From UHGV virus genome UHGV-1332848: DNA of 64,000 nt. The stretch is one strand, 5' to 3'. The translations under genes and the position numbers were made by a program. This stretch comes from a virus. Shown here piece by piece: positions 9,501 through 19,016 of this stretch. The notes beneath the pieces are model-generated. The model did no database searches, was not told the origin of the DNA, and saw nothing but the letters and a program-made list of their open reading frames with translations. Position 1 is the first letter of the stretch, and every line of letters starts with the position of its first letter.

Positions 9501-11734
9501 TTAGTCATACCATCAGCAAACTTGTTAAAAGCACCAGATATAACTCTACCTATACTCATTTGAGTAGCTTTAGCAAGATTGTCTATTTTTAAAGACATTG
9601 ATCCGACTATGGGAATTCCCTTGGAAATCCCCATATACATCTCTTTATTAAAAAGAACTAATGCGGTTGTAGCAACCCCTATTGTAGCAGGTAATGCTCC
9701 AAACGTATTAGCCATTCCACCGAATACTTCTAGTGAGGTTGTACCTAAATCCACAACGTTTTTTATAGTGTCCGAATTAATTGCATTAACCCACACAGAC
9801 TTCAATGTTTCAGAAAACTGATTCATTTTTCCCTCTATTGAGTCCATGAACCTCTGTTGTTCGTTATAAGCTGAACCAGAGCTTTCCAGTGCACTATTAT
9901 AAGCTTCGATACCCTCTTGCATATTTTTCATAGTTCCCGAGAAGACATTCCCCTGTCTCTGACCAGCTATAACATATTGCAAGTATGCTCTTTGCCCATC
10001 GGTCAATTTAGGATATACCTGTGCAAGTTCAGTCATTTGTTCATAAGTTGATTTAAAAGTATTGTCATCAACCATTATGTCAACCATTTGTCCAGCAGAA
10101 GCAGTTAGTTGTTTTATTTCATCTCTTAATTTAGAAACTGGAACAGATGTTTCGTCTATCTCTGTTTTCATTCCACGTAATCTCATAGCGATTGTCTTGA
10201 GTGCTGTTCCTGTGACATCAGCATCTTGTATTGAAGCGTTTCCAGCAACAAATATTCCAACAGCTTGTTCATAACTGTTTCCAGCCTCATAAAGTGCATT
10301 ACCCATTTTTTGCAATCCGTCAGCTACATCCTTGGTAGAACTTGAAAATTTATTTCCAGTATTATTAGCAACATCAATTATTCTAGTAATATCTTCTAAT
10401 GTGTTTAAATCAAAACCCTTGCTTATAGTAATAAGTGCCTTGGAAGCCTCGTCAATTGACTGGAAATCTCCTACATTTTTAAAAATTGTCGCTTGAGACG
10501 CTCTTTTAGATGCCTCATCAATAGCATATCCTAATTTTGAATAATATTCAGTTGCTTTAATAATATTTTCCGTACTTGTACCCACTTCTTTAGCCATATT
10601 ATTAGCAACAGATGTAAACATATCTAACTGTTCTTGTGTAGCCTTAGCCACCTTTGCTAAGTCCCTCATAGCAGTATCTAGCGAAATTATATCATTTATT
10701 CCTTTTCTTACTTCCGCTATCCCATTGTAAATAATGCTTCCACCAAAGGCATACATTCCCATTCTCTTAAATAAATTAGAAAATGAGGATTCATATTTAA
10801 CTAATTCGTTAGTTTGAATCCTCATTTGACTTATTGTTGAATTTATTCTATTTTTTTCAGCAGTACCTAGTAAATTATTTTGATTTTTCAAACTCTCTAT
10901 GTTAGATATTTGTCTAGATATTTCATCATTTAACCGTTTCTGCTCTGTGGGTTTACCTCCACCTTTGTTATTAACAGCTTGCTGATATATCTTTAATTTT
11001 GCTATTGTTTTATCCAAATAATCATTCTGCTTTAATAAATCTTGATTAAATTTATTTATATTGCCAGTTTCAATTTTAGACTTAGCTATAGCATATTTGT
11101 CTTCAAGTATAGACCTTTCTTTTAATAAATTATTATATAAGGTTTCATCAGCTAAGTTGGATTTACTAACACTACTTACACTTTCTTTGCTTATTTGTTG
11201 AGTATAATTCAATTGTTCTTGTAATACTTTTGCATATTCACCATCAGCAGTTAGTAACTTTGTTTTTAAATCATACTCAACTTTTTGTAATTGAACTATT
11301 TCTGAATAAGCGTTTTTCTTATTCTTGTCTACATCTCCAATAATACTAATATCTGTATTGCCATTGGTTAGATTCTTAACCGTTCTAACAGTTTCCTTTA
11401 ACTGATTATTTATATCAGTTACAACTTTAACTTCCCCATCTGACATTAATTGAATTTTATATTTAGACATTCCTTGAATTTCTCTTAGTGTTTTCGCTAA
11501 TTTTTCTAGCGATTTTTCAGATGAGAGCCCGTCAATATCAAGTTTAGAACCACTTAGAGTTTTAATTTTTTTATTTATCTTATCAATATTTTTATCAAAA
11601 TTCATAAAATCTACATTTGTAATTTTTAAGTTTATTTGCTTAGAAACACTATCTAATATTCCTTGTGCTTCTTTCTTTAATTGATCAATAGAGTCGAACT
11701 GAATGCCAGAAGATACCATTAATCGTTTAGCCAT
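6569..11734 (-). CDS. Tail tape measure protein
   Basis: 1721 aa with extensive coiled coil, a central block of hydrophobic TM-like helices (GALPATIGVATTALVLF...) and Gly/Ala-rich segments. Largest gene, preceded by the chaperone pair. Confidence 0.8.
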   Translation of the reverse strand: MAKRLMVSSGIQFDSIDQLKKEAQGILDSVSKQINLKITNVDFMNFDKNIDKINKKIKTLSGSKLDIDGLSSEKSLEKLAKTLREIQGMSKYKIQLMSDGEVKVVTDINNQLKETVRTVKNLTNGNTDISIIGDVDKNKKNAYSEIVQLQKVEYDLKTKLLTADGEYAKVLQEQLNYTQQISKESVSSVSKSNLADETLYNNLLKERSILEDKYAIAKSKIETGNINKFNQDLLKQNDYLDKTIAKLKIYQQAVNNKGGGKPTEQKRLNDEISRQISNIESLKNQNNLLGTAEKNRINSTISQMRIQTNELVKYESSFSNLFKRMGMYAFGGSIIYNGIAEVRKGINDIISLDTAMRDLAKVAKATQEQLDMFTSVANNMAKEVGTSTENIIKATEYYSKLGYAIDEASKRASQATIFKNVGDFQSIDEASKALITISKGFDLNTLEDITRIIDVANNTGNKFSSSTKDVADGLQKMGNALYEAGNSYEQAVGIFVAGNASIQDADVTGTALKTIAMRLRGMKTEIDETSVPVSKLRDEIKQLTASAGQMVDIMVDDNTFKSTYEQMTELAQVYPKLTDGQRAYLQYVIAGQRQGNVFSGTMKNMQEGIEAYNSALESSGSAYNEQQRFMDSIEGKMNQFSETLKSVWVNAINSDTIKNVVDLGTTSLEVFGGMANTFGALPATIGVATTALVLFNKEMYMGISKGIPIVGSMSLKIDNLAKATQMSIGRVISGAFNKFADGMTNASAKASVLSAKNTALAVSFKAVEVASALATATMTLGLSFAITGIITGVTKLIDKLIVTKEEMKEMNAESTAFITDSGKAITQAQKLLDEKTKLEQQITNTSNLSQRKDLESQLVEIEKQLASVLPESASGFSLQGDAISQNNGLIEEQIRLKKEQMEIEALGFIETNRGLTNELNALEQKKKQYEEMKLAMIKGEEYTKQVSYTERGKTTTGTYSQKVTQSDLDKLNQEIQDTTLKASQAQVHIKWLLDNGYKSSQLTQMGFDTSAVNNYINSVNKATEATKENTKAKQDNVDAEVGGFAEVSIEQATQNYGKAVEEVEKLDTLLQKINKEQQLTPDIVAELAKNYSDLGGNITDINAVQEYLNNKIQDQVAIQQEAYQVMIGNDQKYYAEKIKNSSEAQNAFDKFASQFVDVNSESYDFDLDNFATLNEAKAGFITKLSEPLSDFLANLLGGSAKTYRDDLANARSWAEMKSKILAKLDEQISKAESRLNSFAEKSVESATSIDALNNEKFATKALQQIKTIQTEKAKIDTAFNEFYASFNTSSPTFGRGSSLIGDKGSKDKAEKEIANMEKLSDRYRDVNNALKELDNELDRNKILMENTSDEEKLKYLEKELELIKKQEMAYKNKNKEQEKELSELKNSLVANGFNADGSGRITNANSRLDALTNWANSLSGDARENAQKNAKAIAESLERYNDLLLNQIPEVSNAILDLKNTTIDTQKEIVELIKKQKDSYIENINKETDALKKAIQKRKDLRNKEWDEDDYRDELKKRQDSLIDLESQLQDAMRMADGELIANIKKQIESAQQDINSFIRDNERDKANERYDEELERIEENAQNKIDEINSKLTDEEILKMVQNGVRDLSSVLDSVGNANKSITSTFTNVGDIIQNDWLGNLDKFITELKGISTVDLNLNSNVNRNMSNANSKQQIGDINLEYKLIVKGNMNEDVLPKVEKMIKEAKYETMREIGELAGTR

Positions 11735-11800
11735 AAATCACTCCTCCTTCCATATTATTTTTAAAATAAAAAGAACCACAAGAAGTGATTCAAAATAACA

Positions 11801-12244
11801 TTATTTATTTTTCTTTTCCAAACCATTTATTTCTTTTGCCTTTTTACTCATAGCATTTATTCTTGTTATAGCTTCTACTTGAATTAATTTTAATTCGGTA
11901 TCCATTAACTGTGCTATATTATTCCTCAATACACTTTTGATGCAATCAGAAACAACCTTGCCTATCTCAAAACATATGGTTTCCATCTCGGATGTTGGAT
12001 TATGATAACATTCCATAAATTTAAATTCATTTATATTTTTTACCTCTGGAACATCACTTACTACTAACTTTTTGAAAAGCATATAAATAGCTTTTGGGTT
12101 ATCATAATCTATATCTCCAGTTTCAGTCTTGGCAATGCTATTCAGTTTTTTTATTAATTTATTAGTTTCCTCTAAATTAGGAATCTTAATTTTAACACCT
12201 TCCAAAATCTCTCTTTCTTCCTCTCTTTTTAACATATATTCCAC
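11801..12244 (-). CDS. Tail assembly chaperone (second ORF of a G/GT-like pair)
   Basis: 147 aa acidic protein between the major tail and tape measure genes; 5-nt gap to the upstream ORF. Confidence 0.4.
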   Translation of the reverse strand: MEYMLKREEEREILEGVKIKIPNLEETNKLIKKLNSIAKTETGDIDYDNPKAIYMLFKKLVVSDVPEVKNINEFKFMECYHNPTSEMETICFEIGKVVSDCIKSVLRNNIAQLMDTELKLIQVEAITRINAMSKKAKEINGLEKKNK

Positions 12245-12249
12245 TCCCC

Positions 12250-12726
12250 CTATTTTATTTCAAAATCTATATTATTCTTTATTGTTTTAACAACTATATC
12301 ACTTTCATCTATTTTCTTTTGAGTTATTTTAGTAAAAGGTCTTGGTAGCTTCTTTTTATATATCTCAGAATTTTTCCATGTATATTCTCCATATTCCACC
12401 ATTTCATCTATATAACCACTAGTGCTATTAGGATAATCAGGGTTCCCTCTTGTATCATTTGTTATATTCACTTGTATAGAATCTCTTGTTTCTACATAAT
12501 CAGCAACCATATTATCTCTTGACATCAAACCTTCCTCGCCATTGCTCTCCTCACTTCTTCTATCATAATAACTTGGAGTGTAAGTATCTAATACAACTTC
12601 CTGAATTGTTTCTTGTTCCACCTCTTTTATTGCTTCCACAACCTCATCCTTCATAACTTCTTTAATTTCTTTTTGTACATATTTCCATAAAGATTCTAAA
12701 TCATTAAAAACCAATTTATATATCAC
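12250..12726 (-). CDS. Tail assembly chaperone (first ORF of a G/GT-like pair)
   Basis: 158 aa acidic protein; position relative to the tape measure gene. Confidence 0.4.
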   Translation of the reverse strand: MIYKLVFNDLESLWKYVQKEIKEVMKDEVVEAIKEVEQETIQEVVLDTYTPSYYDRRSEESNGEEGLMSRDNMVADYVETRDSIQVNITNDTRGNPDYPNSTSGYIDEMVEYGEYTWKNSEIYKKKLPRPFTKITQKKIDESDIVVKTIKNNIDFEIK

Positions 12727-12793
12727 CCCACTTATAATTTAAAATAACAAAAAAAAGAGCCTGATAAAATATCAGTCCCTTAATTAAATAACA

Positions 12794-13234
12794 TTATTTA
12801 TTTTTAGTTTCTTCAACCATATCAAAAACAACACCAGTACTATCTATAATAAGCAATGGAATCTCTTTATCTGTTTTTGAACTTTCTTTATCAATTATTA
12901 CTATTTCATACCCAACGTCTTTTATATTGCTTGAATCTGCAAGGTTTTTAACATCATTATATAAACTCAAAGCATTTTCCCTTAATATAACCCATTGTTT
13001 ATACACACTGTCTTTTGAAACAGCATCAATTATCGTGTCTTTACTTAAATAATCTGTAATTCTTATGACATTTCTATCTTCTCTATATTCAACATCATAC
13101 TCCACCATATCTTGTAACACTTTTACAAATTCCGGTATTTTTGTTTTACTACCCGAAGTCGAACAACCTATCATAAATACAAAAGTCAAAATAAAGTTAA
13201 TAAAAATTATTGCATACTTCTTTTGATTCCACAT
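12794..13234 (-). CDS. Lipoprotein (signal peptide with lipobox MIGC)
   Basis: 146 aa. N-terminus MWNQKKYAIIFINFILTFVFMIGCSTSG is a classic Gram-positive lipoprotein signal. Embedded in the tail module. Confidence 0.5.
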   Translation of the reverse strand: MWNQKKYAIIFINFILTFVFMIGCSTSGSKTKIPEFVKVLQDMVEYDVEYREDRNVIRITDYLSKDTIIDAVSKDSVYKQWVILRENALSLYNDVKNLADSSNIKDVGYEIVIIDKESSKTDKEIPLLIIDSTGVVFDMVEETKNK

Positions 13235-13478
13235 ATAATTTACCCCTTATATAAAATATTATTTATATTTTATCATATATGAGGTTATAATACCATAATT
13301 TAACTATGAAAAGAAGTATTTTATCTATTATTTAATCCGAAAAAATAAGGGGATAGAAAGGATTTTTTTACTTTTATCCCCACTATCCCCTTTCTATATT
13401 TTCAATAAAATTCCACTTTTATTTAATTAATTATTATAATAATGCACACCATTTATAGATGTGCATAGGTTTTAATAA

Positions 13479-14234
13479 TTAAACAGCATCTGGAACTAAA
13501 GCCCAGTTAACCATTTTCTCTAAACTATCACCTAATATATCTACTTTTAAGCTGAATGGTGATACATTTTCAGCATCAAATGTAAATGCATTTTCAGCAA
13601 GAGTTGTTACGTTAGGGAATGTTAATTGCATATCAACAAAAGCTCCTTCTGCATGTGTTTTACCCTTACATCTTAATATCATAGTACATGATTCAGATAA
13701 TTCATTTGTTGCTTTAATAGTAAAGTTTAAGGCTTCTTTTGAAGTGTAGTATGTGGCAACAATTATATCTCCCTTTTTAGCTCCAGTTAGTGTCGCACTC
13801 TTTCCTGATGTAACTTGTGCTGTTGAAAGTTCCCCTATCTTTGTTCTTCTGTCCTTTTGTAATTTATAGAACTTAACTACACCAACAGGAGTTTCTTTTA
13901 AAGTGACTACTTCGTCATTTGTTGTAACCTCAAACTCATCACGATTATAGAATTTAACTGCTGATGTTTGTAATTGGCTACCATTAGCAAATGACATAAC
14001 TTCTAAAGATGTTAATTCTAAATCAAATGTACCCTCACCTTGCTTTGGCTGGTCAAAAGAAACCATGTCGCCACCATTACCTTTTGCTTTAACAGTTTCG
14101 CCTGTTGCCGAAAATTCAAATTTGTTTGCGAAATTTATATATACTTTCTCTTCATTTGTCTTGTTAGATATAAATGAAATTCTTCCAACATCTTTTATCG
14201 CAAAAATACCTACATTTTCTAATCCACTATACAT
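13479..14234 (-). CDS. Major tail protein (probable)
   Basis: 251 aa, Thr/Ser/Val-rich beta-type composition, located upstream of chaperones and tape measure gene. Confidence 0.45.
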   Translation of the reverse strand: MYSGLENVGIFAIKDVGRISFISNKTNEEKVYINFANKFEFSATGETVKAKGNGGDMVSFDQPKQGEGTFDLELTSLEVMSFANGSQLQTSAVKFYNRDEFEVTTNDEVVTLKETPVGVVKFYKLQKDRRTKIGELSTAQVTSGKSATLTGAKKGDIIVATYYTSKEALNFTIKATNELSESCTMILRCKGKTHAEGAFVDMQLTFPNVTTLAENAFTFDAENVSPFSLKVDILGDSLEKMVNWALVPDAV

Positions 14235-14280
14235 TCATTTTCCTCCTTTTAATTAATTTTTATAAATATGGCATTACCCA

Positions 14281-15090
14281 CTATTCATCAATAATTCTTT
14301 CGTTAAACCCTCTAGTGTCCATCTTTTTAACATCGGATAACATTCCACTTGATAGTAACCTCATGTCGTATCTATACTTCTCTGCCTTATTTAAAATTAT
14401 ATATGTATTATAAAGTTGATACAGGTTGAAGCTAAGTGGCTTTTCATAATCAACTGAATTTGAAGCATGACAAACATAATTAAAGACACTATATAAACTT
14501 AGTGCCTTCTTGTTTTTACTATCTTCTTTTTTATTTTTATTATAAATTGCTAACTGATACTCTCTTTCTCTTCTATCCTTAATATTCATTATCTGTTCGT
14601 AAGTTAGCTTTTTTTCTTTCTTATCTTTATTTATATCATTTTCTGTCACTTTTTTTAAATGACACATTTTCTGTATTATTTCAGATAACTGTTCAAATTT
14701 AATTTTATCCAGCCACAACATATCATCAATAACTATCTCTTTATGAACTTCGTCAGGCTTATCATCATTAGGCATATAATTTAACTTTACATTATTAGTT
14801 TCAAATACTATTTTTAAAAACTCTATACAATAATCTATTTGAATATCATCAGTTGATAAAATATCTAGTAGAAACCTTTCCTCTCCAATTGGTGGTTTGC
14901 CTAATAATGCATCTGAATTCAACCTAAATGGATTTACTAATGAATTATAGACTTCTTCGCTCATAGTAAAAACATCTTTAACTTTAATGTGATGTAGATG
15001 TTTATTATAGAAAGGTATTGGTAATCCAGTTAAACATAACCCCTTTAAATATTCACAATACTCTTCATCTTCAATATTATATAAATCCAT
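14281..15090 (-). CDS. Head-tail joining / neck protein (unassigned)
   Basis: 269 aa ORF in the operon between the capsid and major tail genes. Confidence 0.3.
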   Translation of the reverse strand: MDLYNIEDEEYCEYLKGLCLTGLPIPFYNKHLHHIKVKDVFTMSEEVYNSLVNPFRLNSDALLGKPPIGEERFLLDILSTDDIQIDYCIEFLKIVFETNNVKLNYMPNDDKPDEVHKEIVIDDMLWLDKIKFEQLSEIIQKMCHLKKVTENDINKDKKEKKLTYEQIMNIKDRREREYQLAIYNKNKKEDSKNKKALSLYSVFNYVCHASNSVDYEKPLSFNLYQLYNTYIILNKAEKYRYDMRLLSSGMLSDVKKMDTRGFNERIIDE

Positions 15091-15096
15091 AATTTA

Positions 15097-15591
15097 TCAC
15101 CCTATTTCGCCTTTAAAATCACTAAATTTAAACTGTAACTCTATAGCGTAATAATCTTTTCTGCTTGTTATTTCCTGAAAACCATTCATATAACACTTAC
15201 CAACCCAATTGCCATATGAACTATCAAAGCTTTTCATAAGTTCATCACAAATACTTATAACCCTTGTGTCACCATTTTCTAAGGAGTAAATATCATTGTG
15301 CGATATTACATAGAAGTACAAATACACATCTGCAAAGGCTGTATTTACCCTATTTGGTGCTACTCTAAAATTAGTTAATAAAAATGTCCTGACTTCCTGT
15401 ATTGTTGAATCCCAAACAACAGGATTTAAGTATATGTAGTTATTAAGCAAGGATTGTGGGTCATCTATGTCTGGTAAATCAAACGGATTTTCCTCATTAT
15501 AAACTATCATTTTTAATAAATTTTGATTTGATAATAACCTTTCTTTTATAATAGATTTTAAATCATTAATTTTTTTAAATATTGTATCCAT
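15097..15591 (-). CDS. Head-tail joining protein (unassigned)
   Basis: 164 aa; stop/start overlap with the neighbouring gene. Confidence 0.3.
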   Translation of the reverse strand: MDTIFKKINDLKSIIKERLLSNQNLLKMIVYNEENPFDLPDIDDPQSLLNNYIYLNPVVWDSTIQEVRTFLLTNFRVAPNRVNTAFADVYLYFYVISHNDIYSLENGDTRVISICDELMKSFDSSYGNWVGKCYMNGFQEITSRKDYYAIELQFKFSDFKGEIG

Positions 15592-16562
15592 TATTTAGTT
15601 AATCCCACCTCCTGACTTACATTAACTACACCATTAGAGAAATTTATAATTATCTTGTTTAAATTTTCACCTTTTAGATTTCTCATCTTTATACTATTAC
15701 TAGCCTTACTTTCCACACTAATATGAGATGAATCAACACCATTGTAATCAATAGATATATCCCAATTTCCTGTATCCGCAATATTGTCCTTCATTACAGT
15801 AAATTTAGACGAACTATATTGTCTCATATCAAAAGCACCTAAACTAGATGATATTGAATAACCATTTTGAGGTCTTATCTCAGGTTCTTCTTCACCTGAT
15901 AAGAATGCATTGTAAGCAATATTGTTTACCAAGTCATCTTTGCCATCGAAATGCTCAACCTTTTTCATTACTATTTTATAAATATTAGGTGTAGATACAT
16001 TCTTAATAGAAATAGTCTCAAACTTCATCATTGGGTTGTGATTAAATATAAATTTCATATTCTGTTTTATTTGATTTGTGGTAGAATTCACAGGGACAAA
16101 ACACGCAATCTTCCCATCAACCATCGAGAAGTAATCTAAGTTAATTTCGCCTTTGTCATTATAAGCTGTATCTTCGCAAACACATGGTATAGGAGCAGAT
16201 AACCCCTTCCAATTCAATGTTTGGTTACAATATTTTGCGATAGAATACGGAGCAATTGTATTATCACTTTCACACTCAATTATTAAATATGATTTATCAT
16301 TATATTTTATATAACTACCAACTTCTATATTGGAATCAGGTAAAAATACTATTCTTTTTTGAGCGGTTGTTCTTTCTATGTTGGTAACCCTTACATCCAT
16401 TATTGTCTCTGTTAAATCTAATTTTTGCAAAGTAGCTTGTCTATATGAAGGGTCATTTTTAAATTCTCTAATAAAAAGCTCTTTAGAGGTATTTAATCTA
16501 GCCTCACTAACATTAGAGCCTTGATTATTCATTTTCTTTTTCCAAATATCATAATATCTCAT
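15591..16562 (-). CDS. Structural protein (unassigned, 323 aa)
   Basis: Overlapping start/stop in the late operon. Confidence 0.3.
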   Translation of the reverse strand: MRYYDIWKKKMNNQGSNVSEARLNTSKELFIREFKNDPSYRQATLQKLDLTETIMDVRVTNIERTTAQKRIVFLPDSNIEVGSYIKYNDKSYLIIECESDNTIAPYSIAKYCNQTLNWKGLSAPIPCVCEDTAYNDKGEINLDYFSMVDGKIACFVPVNSTTNQIKQNMKFIFNHNPMMKFETISIKNVSTPNIYKIVMKKVEHFDGKDDLVNNIAYNAFLSGEEEPEIRPQNGYSISSSLGAFDMRQYSSSKFTVMKDNIADTGNWDISIDYNGVDSSHISVESKASNSIKMRNLKGENLNKIIINFSNGVVNVSQEVGLTK

Positions 16563-16987
16563 TATTTAAACCCAACCTTAGACAATCTAGTTAAGTTATA
16601 TCTTCCTATCCAATACTGAAATTCTTTTTCGGCATCAGATTTTAACTCTCTAAGCTCCCTCAAATGATTAGCTTGACTATAAAAGTTAAAATCCTTAGAG
16701 CTTAATGATTGTTTTAATAATTCTATATTATTTATCTTTGGTGTCAACCAAGACACGACCATCCCATAAGCTAGTATTTCTACTTCTAAATCTTCCAATT
16801 CTCTATTAAAACATCCCATATCATAATCTGCAACTAAATCATTTCTACTTATAAACTTTGAAATCGAAGTCTTTAAAAGCATTTTCAGTTCAATATTTAA
16901 TTCCTCTTCCGTAAGGTTAGTATATTCACTTAAAGTCGTTATCTTTGACAAAAACACAGCAAAAATATCTTCAAAATAAGTTCCCAA
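16562..16987 (-). CDS. Head-tail adaptor-like protein
   Basis: 141 aa, operon position after the capsid genes. Confidence 0.3.
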   Translation of the reverse strand: MGTYFEDIFAVFLSKITTLSEYTNLTEEELNIELKMLLKTSISKFISRNDLVADYDMGCFNRELEDLEVEILAYGMVVSWLTPKINNIELLKQSLSSKDFNFYSQANHLRELRELKSDAEKEFQYWIGRYNLTRLSKVGFK

Positions 16988-17001
16988 TTATATCTCACCA
17001 C

Positions 17002-17712
17002 CTATAATAGCAATGTAGTGCCTAAAATTTCTTCCAACTTTCTTATTAAAACAATATCTCTAATTTCGTTGTTATTTACTTTTGTAAAAATAACGCCAGC
17101 TAAAGTTTTTTTGTATTCATATGGAGCTTTATTTATCACTTCTTCAATTTCATCAACATTCATATCTAACAGGTTATCAACATCTTCCATTTGTTCAATT
17201 ACTTCATATAAGTTCTTTAGCCCCAACGCCTCAATCACTTCTTCATCATCTACAATCAACCAAGGTGTATTTAAGAAACGTCTAGATGTACTATCCATAG
17301 TTAAAATTTCATCAATAGTTAGCACTTCTTCATCTCCAATTGCCATCCATTTATATAGAGTATTTGTTTTCGGAGATTTAAAAGAAACAACTCCCGCTAC
17401 ACTTCTTACAACAACTTCTTTATCTTTAATTGTTCTTAAATATGATTTTGTTATTTTTTTAGGTCTCTCATTGTTTTTATGTGAAACTTCTATTTCGTTT
17501 AATTTATTTTTATCTTGCATTTGCTGAAACATAGCAAACATTTGATTCATTAACTCAGGTGGTATATCATTTATAGTCAACTCTTTTTTAGAGTTGAGTT
17601 CTTCTTTAACTACCTCTTCTTTCTTTTTAGGAGTTGTTTTTCTATTAGTCGTTTTCTTTTTTTGTTCAACTTCCCCTATAACATTTATATCCTCTTTTTT
17701 CTTTACACCCAT
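17002..17712 (-). CDS. Late-operon protein with a Lys-rich N-terminus (236 aa)
   Basis: N-terminal 45 aa strongly basic (KKKTTNRKTTPKKKEE), acidic C-terminal half. Confidence 0.3.
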   Translation of the reverse strand: MGVKKKEDINVIGEVEQKKKTTNRKTTPKKKEEVVKEELNSKKELTINDIPPELMNQMFAMFQQMQDKNKLNEIEVSHKNNERPKKITKSYLRTIKDKEVVVRSVAGVVSFKSPKTNTLYKWMAIGDEEVLTIDEILTMDSTSRRFLNTPWLIVDDEEVIEALGLKNLYEVIEQMEDVDNLLDMNVDEIEEVINKAPYEYKKTLAGVIFTKVNNNEIRDIVLIRKLEEILGTTLLL

Positions 17713-17742
17713 TTTATATTCCTCCTACTAGAACTCTTATTA

Positions 17743-17952
17743 TTATGAAAATTTAATGTCATTTAATTTATTTAATTTTTCATGAAAGTAATCATCTACA
17801 AGAAAGCTGTAAGATATCAACCCTTCATCATCAAATTTATAATATTTATATCCTATATAATTCAAAGCATAAGCTAATGTTTTACTTTTAGTTTGAAAGT
17901 ATTTGTTATTCATATTACACCCCATTAAATAAAAAGTAGGGCAGTAAACCAC
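17743..17952 (-). CDS. Small hypothetical protein (69 aa)
   Basis: Short ORF in a 55-nt intergenic slot after the capsid gene. Confidence 0.25.
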   Translation of the reverse strand: MVYCPTFYLMGCNMNNKYFQTKSKTLAYALNYIGYKYYKFDDEGLISYSFLVDDYFHEKLNKLNDIKFS

Positions 17953-17967
17953 CCTACCTAAAATTCA

Positions 17968-18987
17968 CTATTCTAATTCAATAGAACCAATCATTTTATT
18001 GTAACCAACTGAACAACCCGCTTTAAAAGTAACAGCAGTTTCTAAACTTCTATCTGCATTATCAGTTCCATCAGAAACTTCCTTAACTTCAGTGTCTCCC
18101 TCAAGTAACATTTGGACAACCTTTGTATTGTTTCCACAAACAGCATAAACTTTATTTGTAGGCATAGTAAAGTCTAATGTTCCAACTTTATGCCCCTGTG
18201 CTATTTCCATACAAGTATATCCATTCCAAACTGGTAAAATAAAATCTTCATTTCTTTGGTCTTTCATCTTGTCTGAGAACTTAGTATCTACAACACCTTG
18301 AAGTTTTCTTATTGCGGTAGCTACCCCTACTAATATAGGTTTTTCGCCATTACTAGCTTCTAAATGGGTTAACATAGTTAATATATTGTCTTCGTTATAT
18401 GTACCCGTAACCTTAAATGTAGTTGGCAACTTATCAATAGCAACAGCAAAAGTAGCTTGTGCAATTTCAGCTAGTTTTTTATCAATAGCTATAGCAATTA
18501 ATGAAACCAACTTATCAATAGAAGCTCTACCACTTGCCACTCTCTCATAGTATTCATAAACTTTTATACCAAAATCCTTCATAGAAGGAGTGAATGATTG
18601 TCCAACATCTACTCTTTGTCTTCTTAAGTCAAAATGTGAACCAGAGAATTCAGAAACAATTAATTCATTTCCCCCTTCTACATAGAACTCAGGCTTGTCA
18701 CCCAAAGCTAAATTTCTAACTTCTACAAACTGGTTGAAGAAAGCATTCTTTTGATACTCTCCATCAACCATTACTTGATTTGCGACTTCTTCTATAATCG
18801 CATAAACCTTGTATTTATTTTCATTCCAAGCCCTTCTAAAAACCTTCTTCTCAAACTTCTCTATTCCCAATGCATTTAATAATTCCGTCCTAATAGCTTC
18901 TTCTCTTTCAGATTTTGAAACTGAAGCATATTTTGCTGGAATTTCACCCTTGTATGTATCATATATAATTTTTACTAAATCGTTCAT
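17968..18987 (-). CDS. Major capsid protein (probable)
   Basis: 339 aa. RBS AAAGGAGG preceded directly by the AATAATTAATTAAAA motif. Position downstream of the portal and scaffold-like genes. Confidence 0.4.
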   Translation of the reverse strand: MNDLVKIIYDTYKGEIPAKYASVSKSEREEAIRTELLNALGIEKFEKKVFRRAWNENKYKVYAIIEEVANQVMVDGEYQKNAFFNQFVEVRNLALGDKPEFYVEGGNELIVSEFSGSHFDLRRQRVDVGQSFTPSMKDFGIKVYEYYERVASGRASIDKLVSLIAIAIDKKLAEIAQATFAVAIDKLPTTFKVTGTYNEDNILTMLTHLEASNGEKPILVGVATAIRKLQGVVDTKFSDKMKDQRNEDFILPVWNGYTCMEIAQGHKVGTLDFTMPTNKVYAVCGNNTKVVQMLLEGDTEVKEVSDGTDNADRSLETAVTFKAGCSVGYNKMIGSIELE

Positions 18988-19016
18988 ATTATTTCTTACC
19001 TCCTTTTAATTAATTA

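Noticed and set aside
7443-10274. Plus-strand track ORFs 7443..7889, 9291..9563, 9579..9821 and 10062..10274 antisense to the tape measure gene
   Set aside because: They are low-complexity antisense shadows of a well-supported 5-kb gene.
17018-17527. Plus-strand track ORF 17018..17527 antisense to the 236-aa late gene
   Set aside because: It is an antisense shadow ORF with no RBS.
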